Notes: a model not told the origin generated them from the letters alone. Positions 52,668 through 62,118 are shown, counted from the stretch's first letter. The stretch is 64,000 nt of DNA from Bacteroidales bacterium (GCA_017633255.1 JAGBPS010000022.1:2963-66962), one strand, 5' to 3'. Made by a program: numbers and translations.

Positions 52668-55355
52668 TTATTTCTGCTGAAGATAGTTCTCATTGAAGAA
52701 TGCAGGATACATGTCCCGTTTGTCTTTCATGTTGTAGAAGGATGTGTAGTTGGTAGATGACATGGCGTAGATATTGTAGTGACCTCCTGACAGATGCGTG
52801 GCAAAAATAGGATTCTGTACCATGATGTTGTAATAGTTTATGGCAGCTTCCTTGTTCTTGAATTTGGAGATGGTAATCATCTGGTCGGTCTTGTTCAGGA
52901 AGAAACTGTTGAGGTTGAATTGCTCCAGACTGAAGAACTCTCTGTTGAAGTTGGCCACCTCGTCTTTGACGGTTTGCATAGGTACAGCACTGGAGTTCAG
53001 AATGATCACCAAATAGTGAATCTCGTCAGGTTTGTCAACGAAAGGCGATATTCTGGCCAGCTCCTGCTTGGCCACTTCTTTCTGTGCGGTGGTGTCACCA
53101 GCCTGCGCCAAAGTCACATTCACATCCTCGGCAAAATTAGACAAGTAGATACGTGCCAGTTGCTCCACTTCGGTGTTGGGGAAGTTCATGATGACCCTGG
53201 TCAAGGCTTTTTTCAGGGAATCCTCACCCATAATCTGTCCAATGGCCACCGCCCGTATGTAGGCGAATTTGGAGGCCAGTTTTACGTCAGTACAGGAAGG
53301 CAGCACGTCGTTGGCAATCTCCACGGTCTTTTTCCAGTTTTTCTGGGTGTAATAGTCGTAGGCGATATCATATTTCCGTTCATGTTCTTTGGCTTTTTCT
53401 TCCATCCTGATGTAATACGTCGGGTCGGAAATCAGTCTGGCATAGTCGGTATTGGCATATTGGGTCAAGATAATGTTTTTGTAATAGTCCGATTGCTGCT
53501 GGTCATTCATCTTCCCGTAATTGAGGTATAGCAGATAGATGGATGACAGGGCAAGGTCGTGGTCGGGATAGCGCTCAATCAGTTTCTTCAGGGTCTCATT
53601 AGCCCTTTTCATATCGTTGAGCTGGTCCATGTAGATGAGGGCACAGTTGTAAAGAGCCTCTACCACCATGGCGTTGGATGAGTCCATGGCTGCCTGTGTC
53701 AGAGGCAAGTCCTGGGTATAGAACGCTGGCTTCTTCGGGTCCGTTTCTCTTTTGGGGATAGGATTTCCATCTTCGTCGTACTCTACTGTATCTTGGGCGG
53801 CGTTGGGATTGTTCATGACTTCCATATCCTCAAACGAAATCTGCTGTTTGTTGCTGATACGCCAGTTGTCCTCCAGTTTACGGTTACCCCAACGCCTGTA
53901 GAATTCGGTCTGACCGGCGGTAATCAGCGAGGAGTTATAAAAGTACCATTTGCCGCTTTGGTTGGTGTTGACATTCACATTGGCCATGCCAGCGGTGGAC
54001 TGGAGTGCTAGCATACGGGCGGCTTCTTCTTCGGCCTCTTTCCGTTCCTTCTCAGTATAGGCTGCAATCATGCTTTGTACCCACTGGTTGCGCTGAGCTT
54101 CGCTCATCTTGGCAATGCGCTGCAAACTGTCTTGCAAAGCAATCATTTTCAAATTATCCGTCAGATCTCGCAACACATTCGATTTCTTGATAATATCGTC
54201 GTAGCTGGGATAGTTTTTGGGCATCGTCATGGTGGCGGTGTCGTAGTAATTCTGCGCCTCCATGTAGCTCTCCTCGTTGAAATAGATGTCTGCCAATGCA
54301 AGACTCGAAAAGGTACGCTGGTACTCGTTGTTGCTGTAAGCGGCTACCGACTTGGCCAGATATTCCTTTTGCATGTCGGTGTCCTCGTCAATGCGGTAAA
54401 TCTCCGACATGGCGTAGTAAATCTGGTCTTTGTAGTCCTCGTTTTTCTTCTCGTCCAGCATCTTGTTCAATTCTTTCAAAATTGAGTTCTTGGCCTCTTT
54501 GGTGCCGTCGTAGTTGGTGGCCAGATGCATGTGTGCGCTGAATTCCATCTCGTAGGGAGGGGTGCGCTTGATGACGGTCATGAAACTCTTGTGGGCGTCG
54601 GTGGATTGGCCGAGTTGCTCATAGAGTTGTCCGCGAATAAAATACAGTCTCGTTTTGAAGTCCCGTTTCGGGCGGTTGGCAATGGCGGTGTTGATGTAGT
54701 CAATGGCACTCTCGATCTCTCCGTCAGGAGCGGTCAGGTGGTATTCCGCCATGGCAGCATTATACTGAACATTCAGTTTTTTGGATTTTTTCTTGTAGAT
54801 GGCATGGTCCACCTCGTTGAGCAGGTCGAAAGCACGGGTGTAGTACTTCTGGCGGATAGCGGTGCGGGCATTCATGATTTTGGCTTCTTCCTTGATATCT
54901 GACACTTTGTAAGTGTTCTCGATATAGGTGAAAGTCCGTTGCGCCTGGTTGTAGTCTTGTTTATAAAAATAGGCTTTTCCCATCAGGAAATAGGCGTTGT
55001 CGATATATTTCACATATTCCTTGCCACGAATGTACATCGAGTGCTTGTAGATACACTTCGAGGACTTTTGAATCACTCGGTCCATGTGGGGCAAAATGGC
55101 CCCTAACTCATTCTGTGGTGGATAGTTATAGATAGGCAGGGTGGCGGTGTAATTGTCCTTGACTTTGGTTTCCAACACCGCTTCTCCGGCTTTCATAGCC
55201 TCTTTGCCGTTGAACAGCACGTTGAATCTTGCCGTGGTGTTATGGTATGCTCTGTTCGGGAAGGTGTTCTTGCGGGTGGAGCATGAAGACAACAGCAGCA
55301 GTGCAATGATTACAAAGCTGAATGCAAAGTATGATATGTTCGTTTTCGTTTTCAA
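52668..55355 (-). CDS. porW: TPR-repeat lipoprotein, probable T9SS component PorW/SprE
   Basis: 895 aa. Lipobox LLLSSCS followed by RKNTFPNRAYHNTTARFNVLFNGKEA, which resembles the SprE/PorW N-terminus as I remember it. Many TPR-like helices. Confidence 0.6.
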   Translation of the reverse strand: MKTKTNISYFAFSFVIIALLLLSSCSTRKNTFPNRAYHNTTARFNVLFNGKEAMKAGEAVLETKVKDNYTATLPIYNYPPQNELGAILPHMDRVIQKSSKCIYKHSMYIRGKEYVKYIDNAYFLMGKAYFYKQDYNQAQRTFTYIENTYKVSDIKEEAKIMNARTAIRQKYYTRAFDLLNEVDHAIYKKKSKKLNVQYNAAMAEYHLTAPDGEIESAIDYINTAIANRPKRDFKTRLYFIRGQLYEQLGQSTDAHKSFMTVIKRTPPYEMEFSAHMHLATNYDGTKEAKNSILKELNKMLDEKKNEDYKDQIYYAMSEIYRIDEDTDMQKEYLAKSVAAYSNNEYQRTFSSLALADIYFNEESYMEAQNYYDTATMTMPKNYPSYDDIIKKSNVLRDLTDNLKMIALQDSLQRIAKMSEAQRNQWVQSMIAAYTEKERKEAEEEAARMLALQSTAGMANVNVNTNQSGKWYFYNSSLITAGQTEFYRRWGNRKLEDNWRISNKQQISFEDMEVMNNPNAAQDTVEYDEDGNPIPKRETDPKKPAFYTQDLPLTQAAMDSSNAMVVEALYNCALIYMDQLNDMKRANETLKKLIERYPDHDLALSSIYLLYLNYGKMNDQQQSDYYKNIILTQYANTDYARLISDPTYYIRMEEKAKEHERKYDIAYDYYTQKNWKKTVEIANDVLPSCTDVKLASKFAYIRAVAIGQIMGEDSLKKALTRVIMNFPNTEVEQLARIYLSNFAEDVNVTLAQAGDTTAQKEVAKQELARISPFVDKPDEIHYLVIILNSSAVPMQTVKDEVANFNREFFSLEQFNLNSFFLNKTDQMITISKFKNKEAAINYYNIMVQNPIFATHLSGGHYNIYAMSSTNYTSFYNMKDKRDMYPAFFNENYLQQK

Positions 55356-55404
55356 TTTTTTCTTTTTTAGATGATGAAAAGTGATAACGAGTAATCAGTG
55401 GCTT

Positions 55405-56019
55405 TTATTGTCTTTTCTGGTCAGCAAAATATTGCTCCAACAGTCTCTGGACATACTTTCCGAAAACGTCGAATTCGATGTTCACTACTGTGCCTTTCTT
55501 GAAGTTGTGGAAGTTGGTGACTTTGTGGGTGTAAGGAATGATGGCCACGGAAAACATGCCTTTCTCAGAGTCCACCACGGTAAGGCTGACACCGTTGACT
55601 GAAATAGAGCCTTTGGGTACAGTGAAATTGTTTTTTGTGCTGTCGTAAGAGAAATAATAACGCCAGCTGCCATTGTCGTCCACCACCTTTTCACATACCG
55701 CCGTTTGGTCCACATGTCCCTGCACGATATGGCCGTCGAAACGTCCGTCCATCTTCATGCTGCGCTCCAGGTTAACCTCATAGCCCACTTCCCAGTTCTT
55801 CAGGTTGGTTTTCAGCATGGTCTCGTCCATGGCGGTCACCACATACTGTTTTTTTTCTTTGTCCAGCTTTACCACCGTGAGACAGCACCCGTCGTGGGCC
55901 ATGCTTTGGTCAATCTTCAATTCGTCGGCAAAGTCAACTTCTATGGTGAAATGATAATTGGTGTTTTCTTTCTCTATCTTGACGATTTTTCCAGTCTTTT
56001 CAACGATTCCAGTGAACAT
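55405..56019 (-). CDS. ribE: Riboflavin synthase (alpha chain)
   Basis: Track ORF 55405..56055 trimmed to MFTGIVEKTGKIV (ATG 56019). Internal duplication with SMAHDGCCLTV / SISVNGVSLTV. Confidence 0.9.
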   Translation of the reverse strand: MFTGIVEKTGKIVKIEKENTNYHFTIEVDFADELKIDQSMAHDGCCLTVVKLDKEKKQYVVTAMDETMLKTNLKNWEVGYEVNLERSMKMDGRFDGHIVQGHVDQTAVCEKVVDDNGSWRYYFSYDSTKNNFTVPKGSISVNGVSLTVVDSEKGMFSVAIIPYTHKVTNFHNFKKGTVVNIEFDVFGKYVQRLLEQYFADQKRQ

Positions 56020-56220
56020 AATCCTCCTAATTTTGTAAATAATTTGAGTTTGCAAAAATAGTGTTTTTTTATATATAATACATTACACAAAAAGATTTTT
56101 TTTGGAATTGTTGAATTGTTTGGTGTCGCATTGAATTTTTTTTTATTTTTGCATACGATTCAAATTTGCTGAATTTTAATTTAAAATATTGATTATCAAG
56201 AAAATAAAAAATAAATTCAC

Positions 56221-57168
56221 ATGAAAAAAATTTCAAATAACGTTTTTTTGGGCCGATTGACTCAGATTTTGAATGTGGCCATTTTGGTTCTTTTTGTACT
56301 TTCTGTCGTCTTTTTGTTGAAGTTTGACAAGATCAACGTGGTGAAAGTGGGTTCGGAACCTTCTTACCTTAAGGCCAAGGATCATTTGCATGCTGTGGAG
56401 CATCCTCTGAAACAGAATCAGGCTGAGGTTGATTACTATGCATATAAGTTGGATACCTTGAGCAAGCACCAGGCTGCAGTTGCCAATGATAAAAAGGCTG
56501 TCAAGTCATTGCAGGAAGATATCGACAGAACGAAAAACACTTTATCAGAGAAGCAAAAAGCTTTGGCTGAGACCGAACAGGCTATTGCCGACGAGAAGGC
56601 CGTGTTTGAACCGATAGAGGCTGAATATAATGACCTCGTTGACCAAACTGCCAAGGCAGAGGGAACTTTCAATGTTGTTGCCATGATCACGTTGGTGCTT
56701 TTCCTGATCAAAATTGTGGTTTGGGCCGTTTGGACTTACAAGAATTCAAAGGGTCTGCGCAATGTATGCCCATGGATGACAAAGGCTGCTGCTCCCTCAT
56801 GGGCTTTCTGGGGCTGGATTATCCCTGTGTATAATCTGATTAAACCTTACACCTTCTTCAACGAATTATATGAGGAAACTGAATATGCCTTGGTTGATAA
56901 AAACATCATGCCTGAAGATAGCAAGAGCGATAATGATTTCTTGCTCGGATTCTGGTGGGGTATGTTCCTCTTTACCGTTTGTCTGTTCAGCTTTATTTTG
57001 GTGACGACTTTCTTTGGTGATGGTCCCGCTTTCTACAAATTGAACCACAACACCGTGGCTATCGTGGCTATCATTTTCTGGTTGGTATATGTCCTGATGG
57101 AAATTATGGTGGCAGGTAAATACAACAAGATGAACAAAATGATGGTGGATAACGAAGACAAGTTCTAG
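56221..57168 (+). CDS. Membrane protein with coiled-coil N-terminal region and DUF4328-like C-terminal domain
   Basis: 315 aa. APSWAFWGWIIPVYNLIKPYTFFNELY resembles the DUF4328 motif, from memory only. Confidence 0.55.
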   Translation: MKKISNNVFLGRLTQILNVAILVLFVLSVVFLLKFDKINVVKVGSEPSYLKAKDHLHAVEHPLKQNQAEVDYYAYKLDTLSKHQAAVANDKKAVKSLQEDIDRTKNTLSEKQKALAETEQAIADEKAVFEPIEAEYNDLVDQTAKAEGTFNVVAMITLVLFLIKIVVWAVWTYKNSKGLRNVCPWMTKAAAPSWAFWGWIIPVYNLIKPYTFFNELYEETEYALVDKNIMPEDSKSDNDFLLGFWWGMFLFTVCLFSFILVTTFFGDGPAFYKLNHNTVAIVAIIFWLVYVLMEIMVAGKYNKMNKMMVDNEDKF

Positions 57169-57182
57169 TATCCAAATCCAAT

Positions 57183-57222
57183 ACAACAAAAAAGGACGCT
57201 TTTAGGCGTCCTTTTTTGTTGT
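57183..57222. terminator. Bidirectional intrinsic terminator
   Basis: Perfect 17-bp inverted repeat ACAACAAAAAAGGACGC-ttttag-GCGTCCTTTTTTGTTGT, lying between convergent genes 56221..57168(+) and 57263..57667(-). Confidence 0.8.
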
Positions 57223-57262
57223 ATCTGTTCCCTGAAACCTGTCCCCTGTAACCTAAATCTTG

Positions 57263-57667
57263 TCATGGCGACATGTTGAAATACTCTTCAATCATGTCCC
57301 CTTCGTATTGTTTGATACATTCGTTGATATAATGTTTGATAAGGGCCTTGTGTTCCTTGTCTTTTTGTAAGCTGATGACTCGCAGCGCCTTGTTCACTCT
57401 GGCGATGCGGAGACGGTTGGGGTAGGGGTTGCTCACCAGTCCCGCCAGCTCGTTGAATTCGGGAATCAGTTCGGTGTTTTCCAACAGGTCTGTCCCGAAA
57501 AGTTGGATTAATTCCTCGTTGCTGAATTGGGGGGCCAGCATGATGTAAGTATATAGGCAGCTGGCACAATGACCACATTGGTCCATGCCCTTGATCTGTT
57601 CAATTAAATCTTCAGGTATGGCTTCCCCCACAGGAATCAGGTCCGCATTGAAGTCGTTACAATTCAT
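57263..57667 (-). CDS. Hypothetical cytoplasmic protein (Cys cluster CGHCASC)
   Basis: Track ORF 57263..57712 trimmed to ATG 57667 (MNCNDFNADL..), 20 nt after the -7 box TATATTTG (57687-57694, minus). Confidence 0.5.
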   Translation of the reverse strand: MNCNDFNADLIPVGEAIPEDLIEQIKGMDQCGHCASCLYTYIMLAPQFSNEELIQLFGTDLLENTELIPEFNELAGLVSNPYPNRLRIARVNKALRVISLQKDKEHKALIKHYINECIKQYEGDMIEEYFNMSP

Positions 57668-57686
57668 TCTATATTTTTTGAGACTG

Positions 57687-57694
57687 CAAATATA
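57687..57694 (-). promoter_or_regulatory. -7 box TATATTTG (gene 57263..57667)
   Basis: Plus strand reads CAAATATA. Preceded (in the minus sense) by the octamer module 57704-57778. Confidence 0.6.
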
Positions 57695-57703
57695 CGATTT
57701 TTC

Positions 57704-57778
57704 AATTAGCAAATTAGCAAATTAGTTAATTAGTAAATGATTTTAATGTGCTAATGAGTCTATGTGCTAATGTGCCAA
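57704..57778 (-). repeat. Octamer module copy (minus orientation)
   Basis: Reverse complement: TTGGCACATTAGCACATAGACTCATTAGCACATTAAAATCATTTACTAATTAACTAATTTGCTAATTTGCTAATTG, followed by the -7 box. Confidence 0.85.
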
Positions 57779-58045
57779 TGAATAATTGGTAATTTACTGA
57801 ACGAATTAATGTACCAGTGGAAGATGTTGAAGAGGACAAATACATGAAAGGGATAGAAGGAGGGTGCCGAAGGTCGGGTTTTCGGAATTTTGGAAGGAAA
57901 TTTTGCAAAACTTGAAAGCCTGAAATCGGTCTCCAAAGGGTCGACTCTCACTACCATAAGCGATGATTGATGAGGGCGTTTAAAACAAAAAACCAGCAAA
58001 CTAATTTATTTAACTTGCTGATTCTGATTGTTTTGCAAACTGCTG

Positions 58046-58130
58046 CGGAGAGAGAGGGATTCGAACCCCCGGACCCGTGAGGGTCAACGGTTTTCAAGAC
58101 CGCCGCAATCGACCACTCTGCCATCTCTCC
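58046..58130 (-). tRNA. tRNA-Ser (anticodon UGA)
   Basis: Reverse complement: GGAGAGATGGCAGAGTGGTCGATTGCGGCGGTCTTGAAAACCGTTGACCCTCACGGGTCCGGGGGTTCGAATCCCTCTCTCTCCG. It has a 7-bp acceptor stem, anticodon loop CUUGAAA, a long variable arm, T-loop TTCGAAT and discriminator G, with no encoded CCA. A -7 box TACTTTTG sits at 58136-58143(-). Confidence 0.93.
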
Positions 58131-58189
58131 GCCGGCAAAAGTACAAAAATTTTTGTTTGATGCAACAGGTGGATGAAAAAAATTTCAAA

Positions 58190-58292
58190 GGGTAGTCTCG
58201 TTTCGCTTAAGGGGAGTCTCATGCTATGCATTCGAGGGGAGTTGTGCTGACGCACAAAAGGGGAGTCTCGCACTGCGTGCTCGAGGGGAGTT
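58190..58292. repeat. GGGGAGTCTC / TCGAGGGGAGTT repeat block with small hairpins
   Basis: GGGTAGTCTCG..GGGGAGTCTC atgctatgcat TCGAGGGGAGTT gtgctgacgcac AAAA GGGGAGTCTC gcactgcgtgc TCGAGGGGAGTT. The period is about 49 bp. Confidence 0.8.
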
Positions 58293-58296
58293 TAAA

Positions 58297-58366
58297 AAGT
58301 CTAATTGTCAATTGTCAATTATCAATTGTCAACTGTTAACTGTTAACTGTTAACTGTTAACTGTCA
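58297..58366 (-). repeat. Stop-phased heptamer array (10 units) starting at the stop codon of the MurU-like gene
   Basis: Minus strand from 58366: TGACAGT TAACAGT TAACAGT TAACAGT TAACAGT TGACAAT TGATAAT TGACAAT TGACAAT TAGACTT. Confidence 0.93.
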
Positions 58367-59074
58367 ACTATTAAAGTCCTCAAACTTCCCCATATCCTTC
58401 CAGTGACCTTCATTGTGCAGAAAACCTTTAAGCAGGTTTGTTTTCGCCAAATCAATGTATATCGGGGTGATGGACTGTTTCTCGGCAGAGGGAATCTGCT
58501 TAATGAGCTCACGGTGCACCACATGGATGCCGCTGAATGCCAGTTCCTGGTAAGTGGCGGTTTGCAGAGAAATAATCTCCTCGCCAGTCTTGCTGTTGCG
58601 CCAGCCGCAGAGTCTCATCTCTTCGTCAAACAGGAAATAACGGCTGGTCTTGCGCCGTCGTACCGCCAAAGTGGCCAAAGCCCCGTGGTTTTCGTGATAA
58701 GCTATAAGTTGTCCCAGATCGATGTCGGATAGTATATCGACATTGTGCAACAGGATGTTTTCGCTGTCAGCCAGCAGGGGTTCTGCGAATTTCAACCCGC
58801 CACCGGTGTCGCGCAGGTAATCACGTTCGTCGGAAATCTGGATTTCCGCATCATGGGGATGCTCTTTCAGGTATTGGATGATGAGGTCGGGAAAATGGTG
58901 CACGTTGACCACAATGTGCTGGATGCCAGCGGTGATGATTTTGCGCAGCACGTGCTCTAACAGTGGTTCTCCGTGGTATTCAACCAGGGCCTTCGGCTTG
59001 TCGGCCGTGAGCGGATACAGGCGTGTTCCCAAGCCTGCCGCAAATATCATGGCGGAAATATTTTTCATCTTCAA
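58364..59074 (-). CDS. Sugar-phosphate nucleotidyltransferase (MurU-like)
   Basis: 236 aa. MIFAAGLGTRLYPLTADKPKALV is the NTP_transferase signature. Confidence 0.8.
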   Translation of the reverse strand: MKMKNISAMIFAAGLGTRLYPLTADKPKALVEYHGEPLLEHVLRKIITAGIQHIVVNVHHFPDLIIQYLKEHPHDAEIQISDERDYLRDTGGGLKFAEPLLADSENILLHNVDILSDIDLGQLIAYHENHGALATLAVRRRKTSRYFLFDEEMRLCGWRNSKTGEEIISLQTATYQELAFSGIHVVHRELIKQIPSAEKQSITPIYIDLAKTNLLKGFLHNEGHWKDMGKFEDFNS

Positions 59075-59077
59075 AAA

Positions 59078-60814
59078 TTATTCTTGTGCCGCATTCATTT
59101 CTTTGGCATTCAGATTATTCATGAAATTGTCCTCTATTTTGGTGAACCGTCGCAACGTGCGGCGAGAGAAGAGGAATAAAAATACTATGGCAATGGCCAT
59201 GAGGAAAATCACAAACTTGGTGAATCTGAACGATTTGGATAAAATGGCCATGACAAAGAATCCTGCCAAGATGATGCGCAAGACAGTCCAGGCTACAATG
59301 CCCACGCGGTTTAGCTGTCCTTCTTTCCACAGTTGCGCATACAGGGATTGTGTGGAGTGGTTGTTGCTCATTAGTCCGTATAGGAAGGGCGAGATGAATG
59401 TCAACAGTATCACTGCATTGATACTGTTGATGAGAGTCTCTGGCATGTGACCCGAAAGCAGCTTTGTCATAAAGGGATAGAAATACTGGAAGGCTAAGAA
59501 AGTGATGGAGAAACACAGTATTCCGAATATGGCAGTCCTTAACAGGGATTTTTTCAGAATGGTTCCCCAGGCTCCGGGAGTTCGGTTGGTCTTCCCCACC
59601 AGACTGTACTCATCCAGCGCTTTTTTTGTTTGCGGGGGAAGGACTCTCTCCACCAAGCGTGTAAATGGGTCGGCCAAACGGATGCAGTACGGAGTGGTGA
59701 AGGTGGTGATGACCGACACCGCCACGATGACAGGGTAAATGTAGTTGCTCAACACACCTAAAGACACACCCAGTGAGGCGATAATAAAGGCGAACTCACC
59801 AATCTGCGACAGACTGAAACCTGTTTTGACAGACACATTGAGCGATTCGCCGGCGACCAAGACACTGCCTGAGGAGATAAAGCCCTTTATTACCAAGGTG
59901 ATGAAGGTTAAAAAGAGGATGGGTTTCCAATAGTTAATCAAAATGGCCGGGTCAACCATCATACCGACCGAAACGAAGAAAATGGCGCCAAAAAGATCTT
60001 TGGTGCCCTTAGTGATCTTCTCAATATGCTCTCCTTCAATGGTTTCACACAAAATAGAACCCATGACGAAAGCGCCCAAAGCCGAAGAAAAACCCACATA
60101 ATTGGCAAACACCACCATGCCGAAACAAAGTCCGATGGAAATGATAAGCAGGGTTTCGTCGTTGATGTACTTCTTGGCCTTCCTGAAAAAAGTGGGGATG
60201 ATGGCAATACCTACCACAAACCATAGAATCAGGAAAAACAGCAGCTTGGCGATGACCGTCAGCATCTCTTTCCCATGGAATTGCTGCGAGGCAGCGGCAG
60301 TGGACAGCAGCACCATCATCACAATAGCTACAATGTCCTGGATAATCAGGATAACCATGGTGAGGTCGGCGAAGGGCTCTCTCTTCAGCTTCAAGTCTTC
60401 AAAGGCCTTGATAATGATGGTGGTGGATGACATGGCCAGCATACCGCCGAGGAAGATACACTCCATCAGGCTCCAGTGCATCAGGTAACCCGACAAGGCA
60501 CCAATGCCTATCATCAGCACAATCTCGGTGGCTGCCGCGATGATGGCGGTACTGCCCATCTTCAGCAGTTTTTTGAAGCTGAACTCCAAGCCCAATGCGA
60601 ACATGAGGAAGATGATGCCGATCTCTGACCATTCCTCAATGCTGGTGGTGTCGAAAACGGTGGGGAACAGACCGAAATGCGGTCCCACAATGAATCCGGC
60701 TACTATATAACCCAGTACCAAAGGCTGTTTCAACAATTTAAATATAATGGTGATAACGCCTGCGGAAATCAAAATCAATGCAAGGTCCTCCACCAAATTC
60801 ATGTTTTCTCCCAT
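59078..60814 (-). CDS. Cation:proton antiporter (CPA2/Kef-type Na+/H+ exchanger family)
   Basis: 578 aa, about 13 TM helices. Motifs GYIVAGFIVGP, FLMFALGLEF and GEFAFI. Confidence 0.88.
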   Translation of the reverse strand: MGENMNLVEDLALILISAGVITIIFKLLKQPLVLGYIVAGFIVGPHFGLFPTVFDTTSIEEWSEIGIIFLMFALGLEFSFKKLLKMGSTAIIAAATEIVLMIGIGALSGYLMHWSLMECIFLGGMLAMSSTTIIIKAFEDLKLKREPFADLTMVILIIQDIVAIVMMVLLSTAAASQQFHGKEMLTVIAKLLFFLILWFVVGIAIIPTFFRKAKKYINDETLLIISIGLCFGMVVFANYVGFSSALGAFVMGSILCETIEGEHIEKITKGTKDLFGAIFFVSVGMMVDPAILINYWKPILFLTFITLVIKGFISSGSVLVAGESLNVSVKTGFSLSQIGEFAFIIASLGVSLGVLSNYIYPVIVAVSVITTFTTPYCIRLADPFTRLVERVLPPQTKKALDEYSLVGKTNRTPGAWGTILKKSLLRTAIFGILCFSITFLAFQYFYPFMTKLLSGHMPETLINSINAVILLTFISPFLYGLMSNNHSTQSLYAQLWKEGQLNRVGIVAWTVLRIILAGFFVMAILSKSFRFTKFVIFLMAIAIVFLFLFSRRTLRRFTKIEDNFMNNLNAKEMNAAQE

Positions 60815-60820
60815 AGACAG

Positions 60821-61762
60821 TTATTTTTTGCAAGTTACAAAACGGGCTTTCCCGTTCAAATCTTTTAGTTTTTCTATATTTTGATAATGAAGTTGAAGCA
60901 GCAAGGACTCCAATTCATTGTGGTAATCTTCGTGTGTTTCAAAAAACAGCATTCCGTTGTCTGCCAGCAGCTCCCGGCCCAGGAGGGCAATGCGCTCGTA
61001 AAAGAGAAGGGGCTTCTCATCGGGGACGAACAACGCCTCCGAGGGCTCATAGTCCGTTACATTTTTGTGCAACAGTTGTTTGTTTGATTTCGGTATATAC
61101 GGCGGATTGCTGATGATGGCCTGGTAACCTTGTCCCAGTTTTTCTGTATCCTCCCGCAAAACATCATGCCGGATAAAGTGTATTTGTGTATGATTATCTT
61201 CTGCGTTTTTTTGTGCCAATTTCAGAATGTCTTCACTATAATCTGTCGCAAAAACTTCTGAATTAGGAAGTTGTTTCGAAATGGCGATAGCGATAGCACC
61301 GCTTCCTGTGCAAAAATCCAGAATACGAAGGGGTGGGGTAGCATGGTGGCCAACATTATCCTTGCTGTTGAAGGAAGAATCATGGAGTCCAACTGTGTCC
61401 TTGCAGTTGGAAGATACAGTATGGACAGAAAAGTGTTGCAATAGCAATTGTACCAATTCCTCCGTTTCGGGACGCGGAATCAGCACCAGCGGGTTCACCT
61501 GCAAAGTTAAGCCGTAAAATTCCGACTTTCCGACCACATATTGCACTGGCTCGCTGTTTTGCAAGCGCTGCATGTCCGCCTTTACCGTCGGGATGTTTTC
61601 TTCTGGGAAATTTTGGCCCCGTTGAAGCGCAAACTGGTACGGGTTGATCCCCCATTTTACTTCAAAGTAATAATTCGCAATAGCCGAAGCCTCCCTCTCA
61701 TCATATAATGTATGTAGGGAAGACTGCAACAAATCCCTGATTTCTCCCAGCGTATAATTCAT
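60821..61762 (-). CDS. prmC: Release-factor glutamine N5-methyltransferase PrmC (HemK), with ~26-aa tandem-repeat insertion
   Basis: 313 aa. ILDFCTGSGAIAI (motif I) and ISNPPYIP (NPPY). The insertion SNCKDTVGLHDSS/FNSKDNVGHHATP lies between the N-terminal domain and motif I. Confidence 0.88.
   Translation of the reverse strand: MNYTLGEIRDLLQSSLHTLYDEREASAIANYYFEVKWGINPYQFALQRGQNFPEENIPTVKADMQRLQNSEPVQYVVGKSEFYGLTLQVNPLVLIPRPETEELVQLLLQHFSVHTVSSNCKDTVGLHDSSFNSKDNVGHHATPPLRILDFCTGSGAIAIAISKQLPNSEVFATDYSEDILKLAQKNAEDNHTQIHFIRHDVLREDTEKLGQGYQAIISNPPYIPKSNKQLLHKNVTDYEPSEALFVPDEKPLLFYERIALLGRELLADNGMLFFETHEDYHNELESLLLQLHYQNIEKLKDLNGKARFVTCKK
61340..61411 (-). repeat. In-frame tandem 39-nt repeat (two hairpin-capable units) inside prmC
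   Basis: Gene strand: tCCAACTGcaaggacaCAGTTGGactccatgattcttcc / ttCAACAgcaaggataaTGTTGgccaccatgctacccca. Confidence 0.75.
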
Positions 61763-61813
61763 GCTGCAAAAATACGAAAAACGTTTGTATTGTCATATAT
61801 ATGTTTGTGCTTT

Positions 61814-62030
61814 TTCGTTTATACGTTAAGGCGTTAAGACATGCATTGCGTGCATTCGTGAAGACGGAAAGACGATATCGTATAACCGAGTGAACGAAGT
61901 GAACGACTTAACGAGCGAATGGAATGAGCGTCTCCCCGAGCGAGCACAGCGAGTGTCTCCTCAAGCGAATGAGATGAGTGTCTCCTCAAGCGAATGAGAT
62001 GAGTGTCTCCACGCCTTCACGAAAAAAATC
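61814..62030 (+). repeat. Composite intergenic element (second member of the family at 7683-7849)
   Basis: Has the same 25-mer head, GAACGAAGTGAACG, GAGCGTCTCC, then a 25-bp tandem repeat GAGTGTCTCCTCAAGCGAATGAGAT x2.4 (61961-62020). Confidence 0.85.
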
Positions 62031-62061
62031 AACACCCTGTTGTTCGTATCAAAAAAAGTTG

Positions 62062-62069
62062 TATTTTTG
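62062..62069 (+). promoter_or_regulatory. -7 box TATTTTTG (rpsF-rpsR-rplI operon)
   Basis: 50 nt upstream of ATG 62119. Confidence 0.55.
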
Positions 62070-62118
62070 CACCCCCAAAATTTAACCATTTTAATAAACC
62101 AAAAAAAAAATCAAAATT

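Noticed and set aside
56020-56220. FMN riboswitch upstream of riboflavin synthase
   Set aside because: The ~200-nt upstream region is AT-rich with a -7 box close to the gene. It lacks the conserved FMN-element core and any convincing multi-stem structure.
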